A stretch of DNA of 64,000 nt from the NCBI RefSeq assembly GCF_006345805.1, contig NC_043001.1:106206001-106270000 (forward strand). Direction: 5' to 3'. The notes below the pieces were generated by a model that ran no database searches, was not told the origin of the DNA, and saw nothing but the letters and a program-made list of their open reading frames with translations. Source of the stretch: Octopus sinensis. Its lineage: Eukaryota. A program made the position numbers and the translations under genes. The first letter of the stretch is position 1; each line of letters begins with the position of its first letter. Positions 1-12,709 of this stretch are shown in pieces.

Positions 1-184
1 ACAATATTGGGTAGACAAATTTATATATATGATTAACGCTCACGCTTCTAAATAGGGGTATTATTGAATTAGTATTTTTGGAATTAGGCACTCCTTACAT
101 GGAATTTCGCCTTTTTTTATTTTTTGAACGAAGGTCCTGCAGGCTTGTATATATAAATACCCCTTTTTTTAAAAAGTTCACTAG

Positions 185-573
185 TGGCTGTCTGGTAAGT
201 AGCTTGCTTAAGAACCCCATGGTTCCGGGTTCAGTCCCACTGCGCGGCACCTTGGGCAAGTGTCTTCTACTATAGCCTCAAGCCGACCAAAGCCTTGTGA
301 GTGGATTTTGTAGACGGAAACTGAAGGAAGCTCGTCGTATATATGTAAATGTGTATGTGTGTGTATGTGTGTTTTTGTGTCTGTGTTTATCCCCCAACAT
401 CGTTTGACAACCGATGCTGGAGTGTTTACGTCCCTGTAACTTAGCGGTTCGGCAAAAGAGACCGATAGAATAAGTACTAGGCTTACAAAGAATAAGTCTT
501 GGGGTCGATTTGCTCGACTAAAGGCGGTGCTCCAGCATGGTCGCAGTCAAATGACTGAAACAAGTAAAAGAGA
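185..573 (+). mobile_element. tRNA-derived SINE, family A (full length)
   Basis: Head TGGTAAGTAGCTTGC...GGTTCAGTCCC (pol III A/B-box-like), internal (TG)n tract, tail CCAGCATGG..CAGTCAAATGACTGAAAC; homologous copies at 27960-28310 (+) and 3958-5115 (-). Confidence 0.85.
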
Positions 574-1889
574 GTGTATATAAGTCGAGACAAACTGTTG
601 GCTTTATATGCTTTTTAAAAATTCGTTACATATTATAATGTAAATAAATTGTTAGTTTGTCAATTGTATTTCTCAATTTCATTTAATATTCATATATAGT
701 AATTATACCCTTTTATTTGTGGTATTCAACTGTTGCATCAGTGAATTGAATGGTTTACATCTTTTGAATGAATTGTCTTTTTTTTTCCATCGTTTGATTC
801 ATAATGATAGACCAGTTTAGATATTAGATGTATTCCTAGCATTTGTTAAGTACATCGAAATTGCTAGTAAGAATACTGTGAATCGTTTGGCAACAATAAT
901 ATGCTGTCATGTTTATTATGGTAACAACTTACACTCCTGGCTCTGAAACCTATAAAAAGGTATAGAGATAAATTAATGAGTGATTAAATCTCACCACTAC
1001 ACGGTATCGAACTTTAATAGACTTGGTAGTGCATTATGAATGCAAAATGAAACGCGGAATGCCTACTAGCAATTAATGAATTATTATAAGCATGTAATAG
1101 GCGTACACCGGATTAATGCTCGGCTTAGACTAAATTCTTAAAATCCAAACGTCTAACCAGAGGTATAAATAATTCCAGAGAACAACAATTAGCTATAAGA
1201 TATGCTCTAATGTAAAATAAACACTCTGGTTTCTGACCGTTATTCAAGCAGAACCCAGCACCTGTAACGCAAAAATATATCCGTTGAATTCTCTTCAACA
1301 TTACATATGATACGGCGACGAGTGTTTACCTTTAGCAGTTGAAATATGTGACAAACATATTTCAAATAACATAACTGTGATTAAACGTAAACACTGCTTT
1401 GTGTTATTACATCGTTATTTATCTCGATCGAATGACCTAGTGCAAATTAGTCAAAGTGTTGTTTGAATTATATATAAAGCTACAAGTTTTTAGTTTGTTC
1501 AGAGTCAATAAAGTCGAAACATCAAATTCCGAGATTCCCGAGAGATGGCTTCACTGAACGAACTGGATGTTTTCACACCTTTTTACCATAAGAGAGATCT
1601 TTTTTTCTCCACTTTAGCTGCAGTGTATTTGTCTTTAGCAGCTCAAATATGTGACGAACATATTTCAACTAACCTAAATTGTGTTTATATTTAAACACTG
1701 CTTTGCGGCATTACTTCGCGTTATATATATATATATATATAGTTCTCAGTAAATTATTTCATATATACACTTTCTTTGGTGTTAACGTAGTAGCCATATC
1801 GGAGTCTCAGATGTCTAGATTTTCCATTTGTGGCCTAGAACGAATGGAAAATCAAGACGTTTGTATCAGTGATGTAGGCATTCTGTCAC

Positions 1890-2075
1890 AAATGATAGAC
1901 ACAGACAGACATGCAGACAGATAGACGAATGGATGCATGCACTGATAGACAGATAGGTTGATGGATGGATGGATGAATGGATAGACAAACATAGATAGAT
2001 GGATGGACGGACACACAGGCAGATAGATAGAAACAAATAGACAGATGTAGATAGATATAAGTTGTCTGTCTGTAT
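1890..2075. repeat. Compound tetranucleotide microsatellite (GATA/GACA/GATG)n
   Basis: Directly visible simple repeat. Confidence 0.9.
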
Positions 2076-2300
2076 TTTCATCCACAACTGCTTAAGAATC
2101 GGTACTAGTGCATCTACATCCCAAGAACTTGGCATTTCTGAAAAGAGGTCAATCAAATAAGCACTAGGGTTAATAAAATCTTACTTGGGTGCCATTCGTT
2201 ATCCACAAAATCTTCAATATAGTGCCCCAGCAATGCCGAACTTTCATGACTGGAACCAGTAAAAGATAAAAGAGAAGATACGAACACATACATAAACGTA

Positions 2301-2342
<42 letters not shown>

Positions 2343-2879
2343 GTTGTTGTGTGTGTGTGTCCGTGTGTGGTTCGTAGGTTTGAACATGGCTGTTGATATG
2401 AGATGTAGGTGTAATGAGAATTTAATGAATTTAGACCCGACAAGACACGACGCTTGTTCAATAACTGAATTTCCTACAATTACAATACATTTACCCTTCT
2501 TTATGCAGACGTTAGACCTTTTAGGTACAAAGTTCGAAACAAGAGATCGAGTGAGATGTATACTGTTTGTCAGGCATTAGTAACGTGAATTAAGGAAATT
2601 TCTGCTATGATGAACAGATAATCAAGTATGAGCATTCAAATGTATATCGGATTAGTATTTATTGCCCACAGTTGCTCTTAGTAATACAAAGTTTTCGTAC
2701 TGATTGTTTACATTTCAAATATTTTGAAAGTAATCCTTTTTTCCGAGAAATCAACATCACAAGATGACATTTGACCATAAATAACCAACAATAAATCTCG
2801 TTCTTCCGGGTGGAATAATACAAGAAAGAACGAGATCTTTCAATGCATATTTATATATTTATCTACTTAACAATTTATG

Positions 2880-2933
<54 letters not shown>

Positions 2934-3135
2934 TGTATGTATTTACTAGAATGTGCGTGTGTACATACATACATACATATATATAGATGTGTGTGTGTGT
3001 AGGGAGAGAGAGAGAGTTATACATATGACTTTCTATTAGAGTTACATACATTATAAAACCTAATATTTGAGATATATATACAATGTATATCTAGTCTTTT
3101 ACTACACTGATACGCACGCGCACATATATGTATGT

Positions 3136-3203
<68 letters not shown>

Positions 3204-3957
3204 TTACAGAGCGGGAGAAAGAGACTGATTGAGAAAATGAGAGAGAGAGAGGGAGAGATTTGAAGTGGAGCACAAGAGTGTAACTTATCTGCAGACAGAA
3301 AGCAAGATAGATGTTTATAGCAATTGATTTCGGAGACATTATAGGATAACAATAGGATAACAATAGGAGAAGAAGAGCAAGTATTAACCATATTATTTTC
3401 GACTGGGAAATATTCATATCTACATAAAAGGAATATATACGCCCTTACATTCCGACTGTATGCATGAATGTGCTCTTAGTCTTCAAATTACTATAATAAT
3501 ATATCTATATACTGTTATTGTGGTTTCTAGAATTGTACTGAACTGTTGTTTAGAAAACATTGTGAGCCGCCGAGTGTGTATTTGTGTGTATCCGTGTGTC
3601 CATGTATGTGCGTTTATATGAATGTTTTTCCCATTTTATTCGTCGTTATATTTATGCATCATGTCAGCTGGCTACAATTGGAAGTTAACACGTCCAATAG
3701 ACTGTGAATTAAGAATAGTTCTTGCAAATAAGTCGGAAGTTTGAATGTTGTTCCTCTACCGTATATGTCGCAGTGAAATAAATAAATCACATGTGACTGA
3801 TTTCTCAAATTTTGATCGGACAAGTTCGAATGGTTACCAGTTTGTTTCAAGGAGCAATTTCGGGGTAAGTTCCGACTGCAAACACAAGTCGAATGCGTGC
3901 TTCGATGACTGCGATATCTAAAATGAGTTATAACTTCGGGACATTTCGATAATCATC

Positions 3958-4150
3958 TCTTACGTTTCACTTGTTTCGGTCATTAGACTGCGACCATGCT
4001 GGGGCACTGCCACCAAGAGTTTTTTAGTCGAATGAATAGATCGGAGTACTTATTTTTATTTTTATTTTGAACCTGACACATATTTTATCCATCCGCTAAG
4101 TCACGAAGACGAAAGCACACCGACACCGGTTATCAAACTGTGGGGGAAGG
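3958..4150 (-). mobile_element. SINE family A, 3' half
   Basis: Reverse complement of the family A tail (CTTGTTTCGGTCATTAGACTGCGACCATGCTGGGGCAC) and body (CCGCTAAGTCACG...ACACCGGTTATCAA). Confidence 0.75.
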
Positions 4151-4334
4151 GAGTACGCACATACTCACGCACATTCACTCACACACACACATTCACTCTC
4201 GCACACACACACACACAACACACACACACACATGACATTATTCAGTTTATTTCAAGATTTCTTGCCAATAAAGAAATAACCGATTTCTAACTTAGATCCT
4301 TCGTATACATATTATTTGTTGAACTCATTAGAGA

Positions 4335-4649
4335 GCGACCATTCTGTGGCACTGCCTCGCTGGATTTAGACGAGCAAATCGATTCCAGAACTAGTATTTA
4401 TAGTGAGGGTATCGCTTTGCTGGACCACTAAGTTACGGCTATATACAGAAAGTGATACTGATTGTCCATGTAGGGGACAATCACACCCACACACATATAT
4501 ACGATGGGCTTCTTTCAGTCTCCGTATATCACATCCACTCAGAAAGCGTTGTTCGGACCGAGGCTGTACTAGAAGACACGCAAACTGCCGCGCAGTTGGA
4601 CTGAACCTGGAATCATGTGGTTGGCAATCAAGCGTCTTACCACACAGCC
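4335..4649 (-). mobile_element. SINE family A, diverged (copy 1 of the duplication)
   Basis: Reverse complement of the family A head: GGACTGAACCTGGAATCATGTGGTTGG...CTTACCACACAGCC. Confidence 0.8.
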
Positions 4650-4800
4650 AAATCTTCGCCTATACATACATATGTATACACACACACACACACACACATG
4701 ACATTATTCAGTTTATTTCAAGATTTCTTGCCAATAAAGAAATAACCGATTTCTAACTTAGATCCTTCGTATACATATTATTTGTTGAACTCATTAGAGA

Positions 4801-5115
4801 GCGACCATTCTGTGGCACTGCCTCGCTGGATTTAGACGAGCAAATCGATTCCAGAACTAGTATTTATAGTGAGGGTATCGCTTTGCTGGACCACTAAGTT
4901 ACGGCTATATACAGAAAGTGATACTGATTGTCCATGTAGGGGACAATCACACCCACACACATATATACGATGGGCTTCTTTCAGTCTCCGTATATCACAT
5001 CCACTCAGAAAGCGTTGTTCGGACCGAGGCTGTACTAGAAGACACGCAAACTGCCGCGCAGTTGGACTGAACCTGGAATCATGTGGTTGGCAATCAAGCG
5101 TCTTACCACACAGCC
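4801..5115 (-). mobile_element. SINE family A, diverged (copy 2 of the duplication)
   Basis: Same sequence as 4335-4649, offset by 466 bp. Confidence 0.8.
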
Positions 5116-7399
5116 AAATCTTCGCCTATACATACATATGTATACACACACACACACACACACACATATATATGCATTTATGTATATATATATATATATA
5201 TGTATAGATATGGGTATATATATATGTGTGTGTGTGTGTATGCATGCGTCTGTGTGCGTGTGTGTGTATATGCATGCGTCTCTGTGTGTGTCTGCGTGTT
5301 CCTGTATATGTTGCTGTGTGTCTGTATGTATGTGTGTGTGTGTGTGTGTAATCGAGAGGGTAGGGATGAGCCTCGCACGATGTGATATTGGTGTATTGGT
5401 TGCGACTTATTTCTCTGGTTATCTCTACTCCTTTGGGCAATGTGTTTAGGATTTTCAATCTTTTTGAATTTTAACAATTTCATGATTTTGAGATGCTACT
5501 TTGAGGTTAACATTGACATTAAATATGCATATTTTTTTTATCTGGCATCTGAACACACCTTTCCATTACTGTGTATATAATCGTTGAACGATATCCTCCG
5601 GGTTGTATTACTATTTAATGCCCCTAATTACCTAAGCACTTCATAAAACTTAGTTTTTTTTTCACTATTGACGTCTTTGCATATTTCCTTACGTAATTAA
5701 CCTTGGGATATAAATATTTAACATGTTGTTTAATGGAGGTTGTTGCACATTTTCAATTCCCATAGTTGCATTATTAGTAAAACATTGAATATTTATAAAT
5801 AGGATTATATCTTCCCTAATTTTTATTGCGATATATTGACATTTGAAACTGAACTTGTAACGCTTTATGTCCTAGAACTTCTTAATAGGGTAGAAAATAT
5901 TTAGTAATAGTTATATTTGGGAAATGCGATAGAGAAACCGATCTTCCGATTAGAAAACTGTCTGTACTATCTAGTTATATAATTTGCTCTCTACCTTCAA
6001 ATATTGAGCGTGTCTGCTCTATAGTTTTCACTTCTAAGACCAATTATATAAAAGACTCGGTGTAATTAGATATAGATCCTATTAATGTATGTGACTATAT
6101 GCCAAAGATAGAAGTTGAGTTTTACAAGAACTGTGATATGTGAGGGAGAATGAAATACGGGTTACTCTCAAATAAAGATATGCGCATACACTTCATCCGC
6201 CTGTGTAAGCATAGAAGTAAACATTTACCACTGAATGTCTTCAGAAAAATTCTCAAAGTTACATGAAGTCGTTTCCTTCCGTAAAATATAGCCATTATTA
6301 TTTTCTGTTTCAAGTGTCGTAGAATGGGCAACATAGTAAGACTTGGCAGAAACACTCCTTCAGTATTTTTTTTTCCTAATATAAATGTTTATTTTCTTTG
6401 TCAAATTTATTCCACATCATATATTATACATAGTCATGGCATTTCAAATAAAATCAGATATTTCGTTTTTTTGTGATCTTTGGCAGGCTCAAATATATCC
6501 AAGCAATAATACTTTGTAAAACAACGGCAGCTATTATATTTTGAATGTATTTGATAAATGGTTTGCAGACACGACGTCTCCTGCTTCGAATGCTTGGTTA
6601 TTAATCATAATTCGTCAAATCAATTCCTGGAAGGTCATAAGGTTGTATCATTAAACAAGGTAGCTCATATCGCGTTACTTCGCTATACTTAACCGCATTG
6701 AAAGTCTGCCGGGTGCTGGCAATGCATTTCTTCCGGCACATATTATATCATGGATGTTTGCTAGTCAGGCGGGGCGTATATCCGCACGCCACTATATAGT
6801 CAACTAAAATAAATACACAAACATGGTATATAAACAGAGACCATTGTATAAAATCATATTCACTTGTATTTGACGGCTGCCTGGGAATTTGTGTCAAAAA
6901 GTGTTATTATGACAATACATAGATGCACAATTGTACAAGTTTCTTCAGAATTTTTTTTCGGTTGTTTCATCCTGTGTAATATATATCCAAATTTTGCGCA
7001 ACATGTTGGCAAGAATACCATGTTGTCGAAAAGCACTACTTTGAAAGAGGCATTTATGTATCTGCAGCTATTAATTTTAGTTTTACCTTTTATTCTTGTA
7101 GAATTCGGAAAATATATCATTAACGCTAAATATAAAGAAATGCTTATATTTCTTCGTTATACTTCGATACTTTCATAGGTTTCGGCCAGTAGTGGCCCAG
7201 GCTATGTCTAACTCAATAGCACCATCTGGCAAAATATATACACAGTTAAAATTCTCTCCGCGCCATTTTGACTTACACGTTCAACGGGGGGAACGGAAAG
7301 GACTCTGCAATAAGTGAGACAAACATTGACCAACAAAATCCGCCAACACACCCTGAGTTTGTATGAAGGCGCGTGAATACAGTCTTGGCTTAATCGACT

Positions 7400-8920
7400 T
7401 ACTCTTCTGGTTGTCAAGGTGCCCGTAAATGTTTTCTGAAAATATTCCTGCCTTCACCCTAATGGTAAGCGAGTGATCGGTTTATTGTTGCTAGCTGCGT
7501 TACCCTTGCTCTTATCTTTCATAATGAGTAGTGCCCCCCACTCTAGTCATCCAATCTGATATTATTCCTCCAATAAAGCAATCCTGAAGTTGTTCCCTCA
7601 GCCTCCCATGTAAACAACTGAATTATTTTACCCAATACCCTTGAACTAAATCTAGTTCTGGGCCCTTCCCTAACACTTAATACACTTGTTAGTCTTAGAT
7701 CTGGTTGCTTCTTATGCACTGGTTTTTGCTTCAATTTATGATAGCGTACTGAATCTCCCACGTATTACTCCAGAACTTTCTAGTGTCTTCTGTATTAAGT
7801 TTCTCATCTTCAGTACTTCGTTTTCCACTATTTCTTTGGTTATAATAATCTCCTCTGGCCTGTCTCAATCTGTTCTGTTAATACTCATTCTTTTCTGATA
7901 TTAGGGGAGTTTTTCCTGTTACTGCTATGACACGCGCTTTCAACTCAACTATTACTGTCCCAAATCCTTTCTCTTCGACTAATTATTTTTTCTCAGAAGA
8001 TTTATGTTTCCTAACATGTTCAGTTTCCAGGGTTGTTCTACTCAGATCATGCCTTAAAGTATTCAATTCGTTTTGTAGTCTCCTTTTCCAAATTTGTTAT
8101 TTTTTAAATAAGTCCCTGTGAAATATCTAATCTACCCTTTCTGCATGATCAATAAGTTAGCATCTATCCTACTGTTAACAGAATCCACCTTCCTAGTCAT
8201 TTCTTGCAGCTACCTTATATTGGTTCGTTTTAATGCTTGCAATCTTTTTCTTACTTCTTTACTCATTAGTTCCTGCAACACATCTAAAATCTTATGATCT
8301 TCCTCACTTGAATCACTTCAGTGGCTAGCACCATGTGTCCCTTCCTTATTGGCAGCGTTATTATCTTTTTCTTTTCGGTTCATCTTTGGTTCGAACCGTA
8401 TCTCTTATGTTCTTGCTCGTCTTTCCCACTGCCTGGTCTTTCGTTTCCAGTTCTCTTGTGATCTCTTCTACCTCCATCTCTGTCAGCCCCTTTGTTTTCC
8501 TAATAGCATTAGCTTGATCAACTAATCTCTGCTCAGTCCCTTTAAGCACACCTTTCTCTACCCAAAGTGGTAACATCCCTTTTCTATAGCCCCTTCTTTC
8601 TTTTAGGTTCACTTTCTAAGTAGCACTGCATCTCTATCCTGCTTTGTGTGCTGGTCCTCTTTCCCTTTTTTACTCTATTATCTGCTAACGTTGTATTAGG
8701 GTAACAGCTGTGGTCAGTCTGCATCTTTACTGAACCACAGCCGAACAAGAGCCCTTCCTATGAAGGTCCAGCTTCATTTTTGCTGTTACATCCAATGGTT
8801 CTTCGGAAAAACCTATCTCTAATAAACTGAGGTAAGGTAATATTCGTCACCAGCGTCATCACCACTGTTATTTTTCGACGTCTTTCTACAAGCCGTCTAT
8901 TGCTTTATTTGTTGCACCTC
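7400..8920 (-). mobile_element. R4/Dong-clade non-LTR retrotransposon relic (N-terminal domain plus start of RT; 3' part missing)
   Basis: Minus-strand peptides across frameshifts: MQCYLESEP / ERRGYRKGMLPLWVEKGVLKGTEQRLVDQANAIRKTKGLTEMEVEEI (R4-type N-terminus) and WMTR..LIMKDKSKGNAASNNKPITRLPL, GIFSENIYGHLDN (pre-RT/RT motif of the xxNYRPITCL type). Confidence 0.75.
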
Positions 8921-8921
8921 T

Positions 8922-9246
8922 GTTATTATTATTATTATTAGTAGTAGTAGTATTATTACTGTTGTTGTTATTGTTGTTGATGTTGTTATTGTTGTTATCA
9001 TCATTATTATCATTATTAGCGTTTTAGCTCGCTTCAAGCATTTTAGTGCATAAGTAGAAAATGAAAAGGAAAAGAAAGCTTTGAACAATTCATTGTTAGA
9101 AGCCTTCATTATTTTCCCTTTTTTACTACTACTATTACTATTATTATTATTATTATTATTGTTATGATTATGATTATTATCATTTTTTTTTGTTATCATT
9201 ATCATCATTATTAGTAGTAGTAGTAGTAGAAGTAGTAGTAGCAGCA
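8922..9246. repeat. Degenerate trinucleotide array (TAT/TAG/TGT/CAT)n
   Basis: Directly visible; reads (TAA)n on the minus strand where it abuts the R4-like element. Confidence 0.9.
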
Positions 9247-10979
9247 TCTGCCACCGCAGTGTTTCGTTGTATATCTAAAACTTGCTTTGTGAATCATTTC
9301 CACGTAAGTGGTGATCACTTAAAACACCGTTTCCTACTTCACATTACGTTTCCAATACAAGTTGGACTTCATTATTGTCTCATAAAATTTAAATACAGCC
9401 ACACCAAGCTATATTATTTATTAACGATTACAACATTCAGACTCGCAGACTCTTTCGATGTTCATTGTACAATGAAACACGATTGCTATGTACGTTTTGT
9501 ATAATTGCTTTCTCTGAATATATTTATTTTATTGACATATAGCGAATATTTGATGAGTCCTGTTCTGTAAGTGATACCTTCCTAAATTATATCTTATCTT
9601 GTCTCCCTCATTTAACATCTTCATCAAGTGCTAAGATTAATCTGTTATCACGCTGATCTAAGTGCAGCAATATATTGCGCCATTTTCATTTCCTTCCCTC
9701 TTCGATTGAGTGCCAACGCAAACAAAAATTTACCATCAAATTGACAATCAAACTATAAGCAACGTTCATTAGCTACTCATTCTTTCTCAACGGATCATCG
9801 ATCTGTATCGTAATCAATGACATTCCAATAAAAACCATTTGGTTTTTCTGTTTACATCAATAACTCAACCGACCAACGATTTTGATTATTGACTTCTGTT
9901 TTACGCAGCTATCTCTTTTTTATATTCATTTTAGTCCATTTATTTGGAGATTGTATTTTCCTTGTTATTTGTTTAGTATTTCCTCTAACAGAAATCATTA
10001 TTAGCATTTGGGTTTTGTAATTTGTATTTTTTGTTTGTGGTATTGGCATAAGTCGCAGATTACTAGGAAAAGTGGATTGTTTCACATGAAATAGCAGTCG
10101 TATTTAGAGATTCTGTGATAAGTAACTCATTGTAACTCTTGTGTTTATCTCTAATATGATATTGTTACTCTTAACTAGTTTTCCTCTTTTCAATCAGAGC
10201 CTCCAATCATTCCTGCTACGTACCAGATTTGTTCTTTACTGCCCTGCTATGGTGTCTATTGAACTTCATGGCCGACAAGCGAATATAGCATGAGACACTT
10301 CCTTGTCAGGAAGAAAAGTTGCAAAGGTGACACAATATAATAGAAAAACTCAAACCAATAATTTTCTTCAACAAGGATAAGACCATTTTGATAAAGGCGC
10401 TCCTTCGCAAAAAAGATGATAGCCTACAGTTTAGTGACCAAAACTCTAACAAAATTAATACATATAGCAATCACCATATATTCATGGACGATTCTTTAAA
10501 CTGCATCGATCTAAATTTTTGGGTGCACTCCTTAGCATAACCGGAGCTCAATCTGTAACAAAGCCATTTCGCTTCCCATGTTCGCGTAGGCAAGTGTATC
10601 CTATTATTTTCTATATGTTTTACCATGACTTCATTTGTTTTGGGCGTTGATGATGGTCAAGAGTTTCACGGTAGAACAGAAGCAAAATAGAACCATAAGT
10701 TTACTTGAATAATGTTTCTGGCATTAAATACCTCAGATATGAAGTAGCTGAATCATTACGAAAGGGCAACAAGAAGAAACGAGGGCAAGGATTAAGTAAA
10801 ATAATTGAAGCGGTAGGTACATCTATATGAGGTACATCTATATGAATAGTAGCTTATTTCGCAGGACAAGTTGCTGAAGCTTCGGGTCTGTGTTGGAAAT
10901 CGAGATTGGTAACTCAATAACATATCCCAGCCACATTCACAAATAATCGAAGCTGAAGCTCCCTCTCAATAACAAGCTA

Positions 10980-12175
10980 AATGTGGCTGTCTACTGCATT
11001 ACTTTGGTTTCCTACCGCAAGGCCTATATATCATGTGAACGTCATGCGCTGAGACTAAAACATCCTGAGAGATTCCTAAATGACAACCAATCTGATCCAG
11101 TCTCCTATTACTGTGTATCGGCTAAAACCCGACGTTTCGAGTCAGAAACAGTAGCCCAAGTGGAAAGAGCGTTGAAAGAAATATAGGAAGACATAGATAA
11201 TGTATCGAAGAAGAGAGGATTCGGGAACATAGAGTTTGAAAAGAAAACCCAGTGGTTTGGACATCTGGGGGTTCCTAGCGTTTGTCGCACTGGAAGGGTC
11301 TGTAACTCTACTCGAACTGAACGAAATAGAGAGAGAGTTATGCTCTGGGACCGCAACACAGATTCTCCTCCAAATGAAACCGGAGGAGAAGGAAAGGGTT
11401 GCAGACCCAGTATATTTGCCCAAAGGTGTAGAGCTACGACTTGAAGGCAGAAAGCCATGCTACCATATATCTGGTACAGGAGGTCATTTCAGGGTATTTT
11501 GCCCCCAGCTTAACAAGTGTAAGAAGGATCCCACTATCGCAGTTCCAACAAAAGCAGTAGCGTATAGCAGAAACCGTAGTAGCACAAATGAGAAAGAAAG
11601 CGCCACCATTAACATCACCGGCCGCAGTAGCAACAACAATATTACCAACAGCTACAGCACACAACAGAACCAGATACCGGCACCCAGGAAAATATCTAGC
11701 CTAGCTCCCCCTCTAACAATCTCTCTCTTCCCCCACCATCTTTCAGACATACACACACAGACACATGGGAACATATCCTTCTCTACTCAGACTCTCATCA
11801 GCTTCTCCCAACGAGGAAGTATTCTCTTGCGAGGAAGAGGTAAAACCACGCAATAAAAGGGCAAAAAAGGCAATAGCTCTCACTAGATCCAGAATATAGG
11901 GTTGGTCTGGTGGTTCCGTTCCAGAAGGCCTGGGCCCCGAGGTTCGGTCAATCAACTAGAACAGAAGCGGTAGCTGGTGGTTCTGTGCGTAAACAGTAGT
12001 GAAAGTGGTTCCTGTAGACTAGGCGCTGTGTTTGCCCCGACTGGGGATGGGCAGCTTGATTTCTTCGGGTTTTTAGAAGTTTTAGTATTAGTGGATGACT
12101 GGAACGCCGACTTCGATGCACGACTGGATTGTGTGGAGCTAGATGATAAGAGCAAAGTTCATGGTTTATGCCTAG
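10980..12175 (+). mobile_element. L1/Tx1-like LINE relic: gag-like ORF1 with degenerate zinc knuckle plus a fragment of the APE endonuclease
   Basis: ORF 11236-11856 has LPKGVELRLEGRKP-CYHISGTGGHFRVFCP (CX2CX4HX4C with the second Cys lost). ORF 11977-12249 has LVVLCVNSS..RLGAVFAPTG..DFF..VLVDDWNADFDARLDCV (AVYAP and GDWN motifs of L1/Tx1 APE). Confidence 0.7.
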
Positions 12176-12709
12176 ATCAGAAGCCGTTATCTTTTTATTT
12201 TAATGTTCCCGTTCGTATTATTATTATCGTAATTATAAATCATTATTGAACACACTTTTAGAAAACACATTTTTAAGAACGTATGGTTTTATTATCATCC
12301 TTACTAAAATAATTGCTGTCATCATCATTAGCAACATCATCATGCCTATTACCAGCTACATTATATTTTTAGCTATCGTTTGTTGTTAGTTTTTTTATAT
12401 ATAGTATTGCTCAATATAGAAATGTATTCAGAGCGTAAGGCAATATTTTCTTGCCAAACATGTCAAATAAACTGAAAACCATTATTTATAATGCTGTCTA
12501 GTAAAGGAACACGGTTGATATATTAGAGCAATACAAGAAACATAACATAACGTTTGTAGTTGCAATATATATTTTGATCTACACGTATGTTTAATAAGTT
12601 GTGTACATTTGTTAGGACTTGGAATCGGTCATCTTGAATAAAATCATGAGTTGTAACTACATTGCACTGGGTTGTATCAAATTAAAATGTGTATTTGCAA
12701 CACATATTG

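Larger units (their letters stand above)
4219..5164. repeat. Tandem duplication, 2 x 466 bp, bounded by (CA)n tracts
   Basis: CATGACATTA at 4231 and 4697; TATGTATACA at 4671 and 5137; ORF-track entries 4403 and 4869 are offset by 466 and identical through the unit. Confidence 0.95.

Noticed and set aside
185-260. tRNA-like A/B boxes in SINE heads as tRNA genes
   Set aside because: No complete cloverleaf; each continues into a SINE body.
6225-6355. Minus-strand open stretch SVSAKSYYVAHSTTLETENNNGYILRKETTSCNFENFSEDIQW with a GTAAAT donor
   Set aside because: An in-frame TGA lies just upstream and there is no credible acceptor or homology.
8897-9504. Poly-L/N/I/V ORFs suggesting a signal peptide or low-complexity protein
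   Set aside because: They derive from the trinucleotide array.
10815-10845. 15-bp tandem duplication AGGTACATCTATATG x2
   Set aside because: An ordinary slippage-type microduplication with no further structure.
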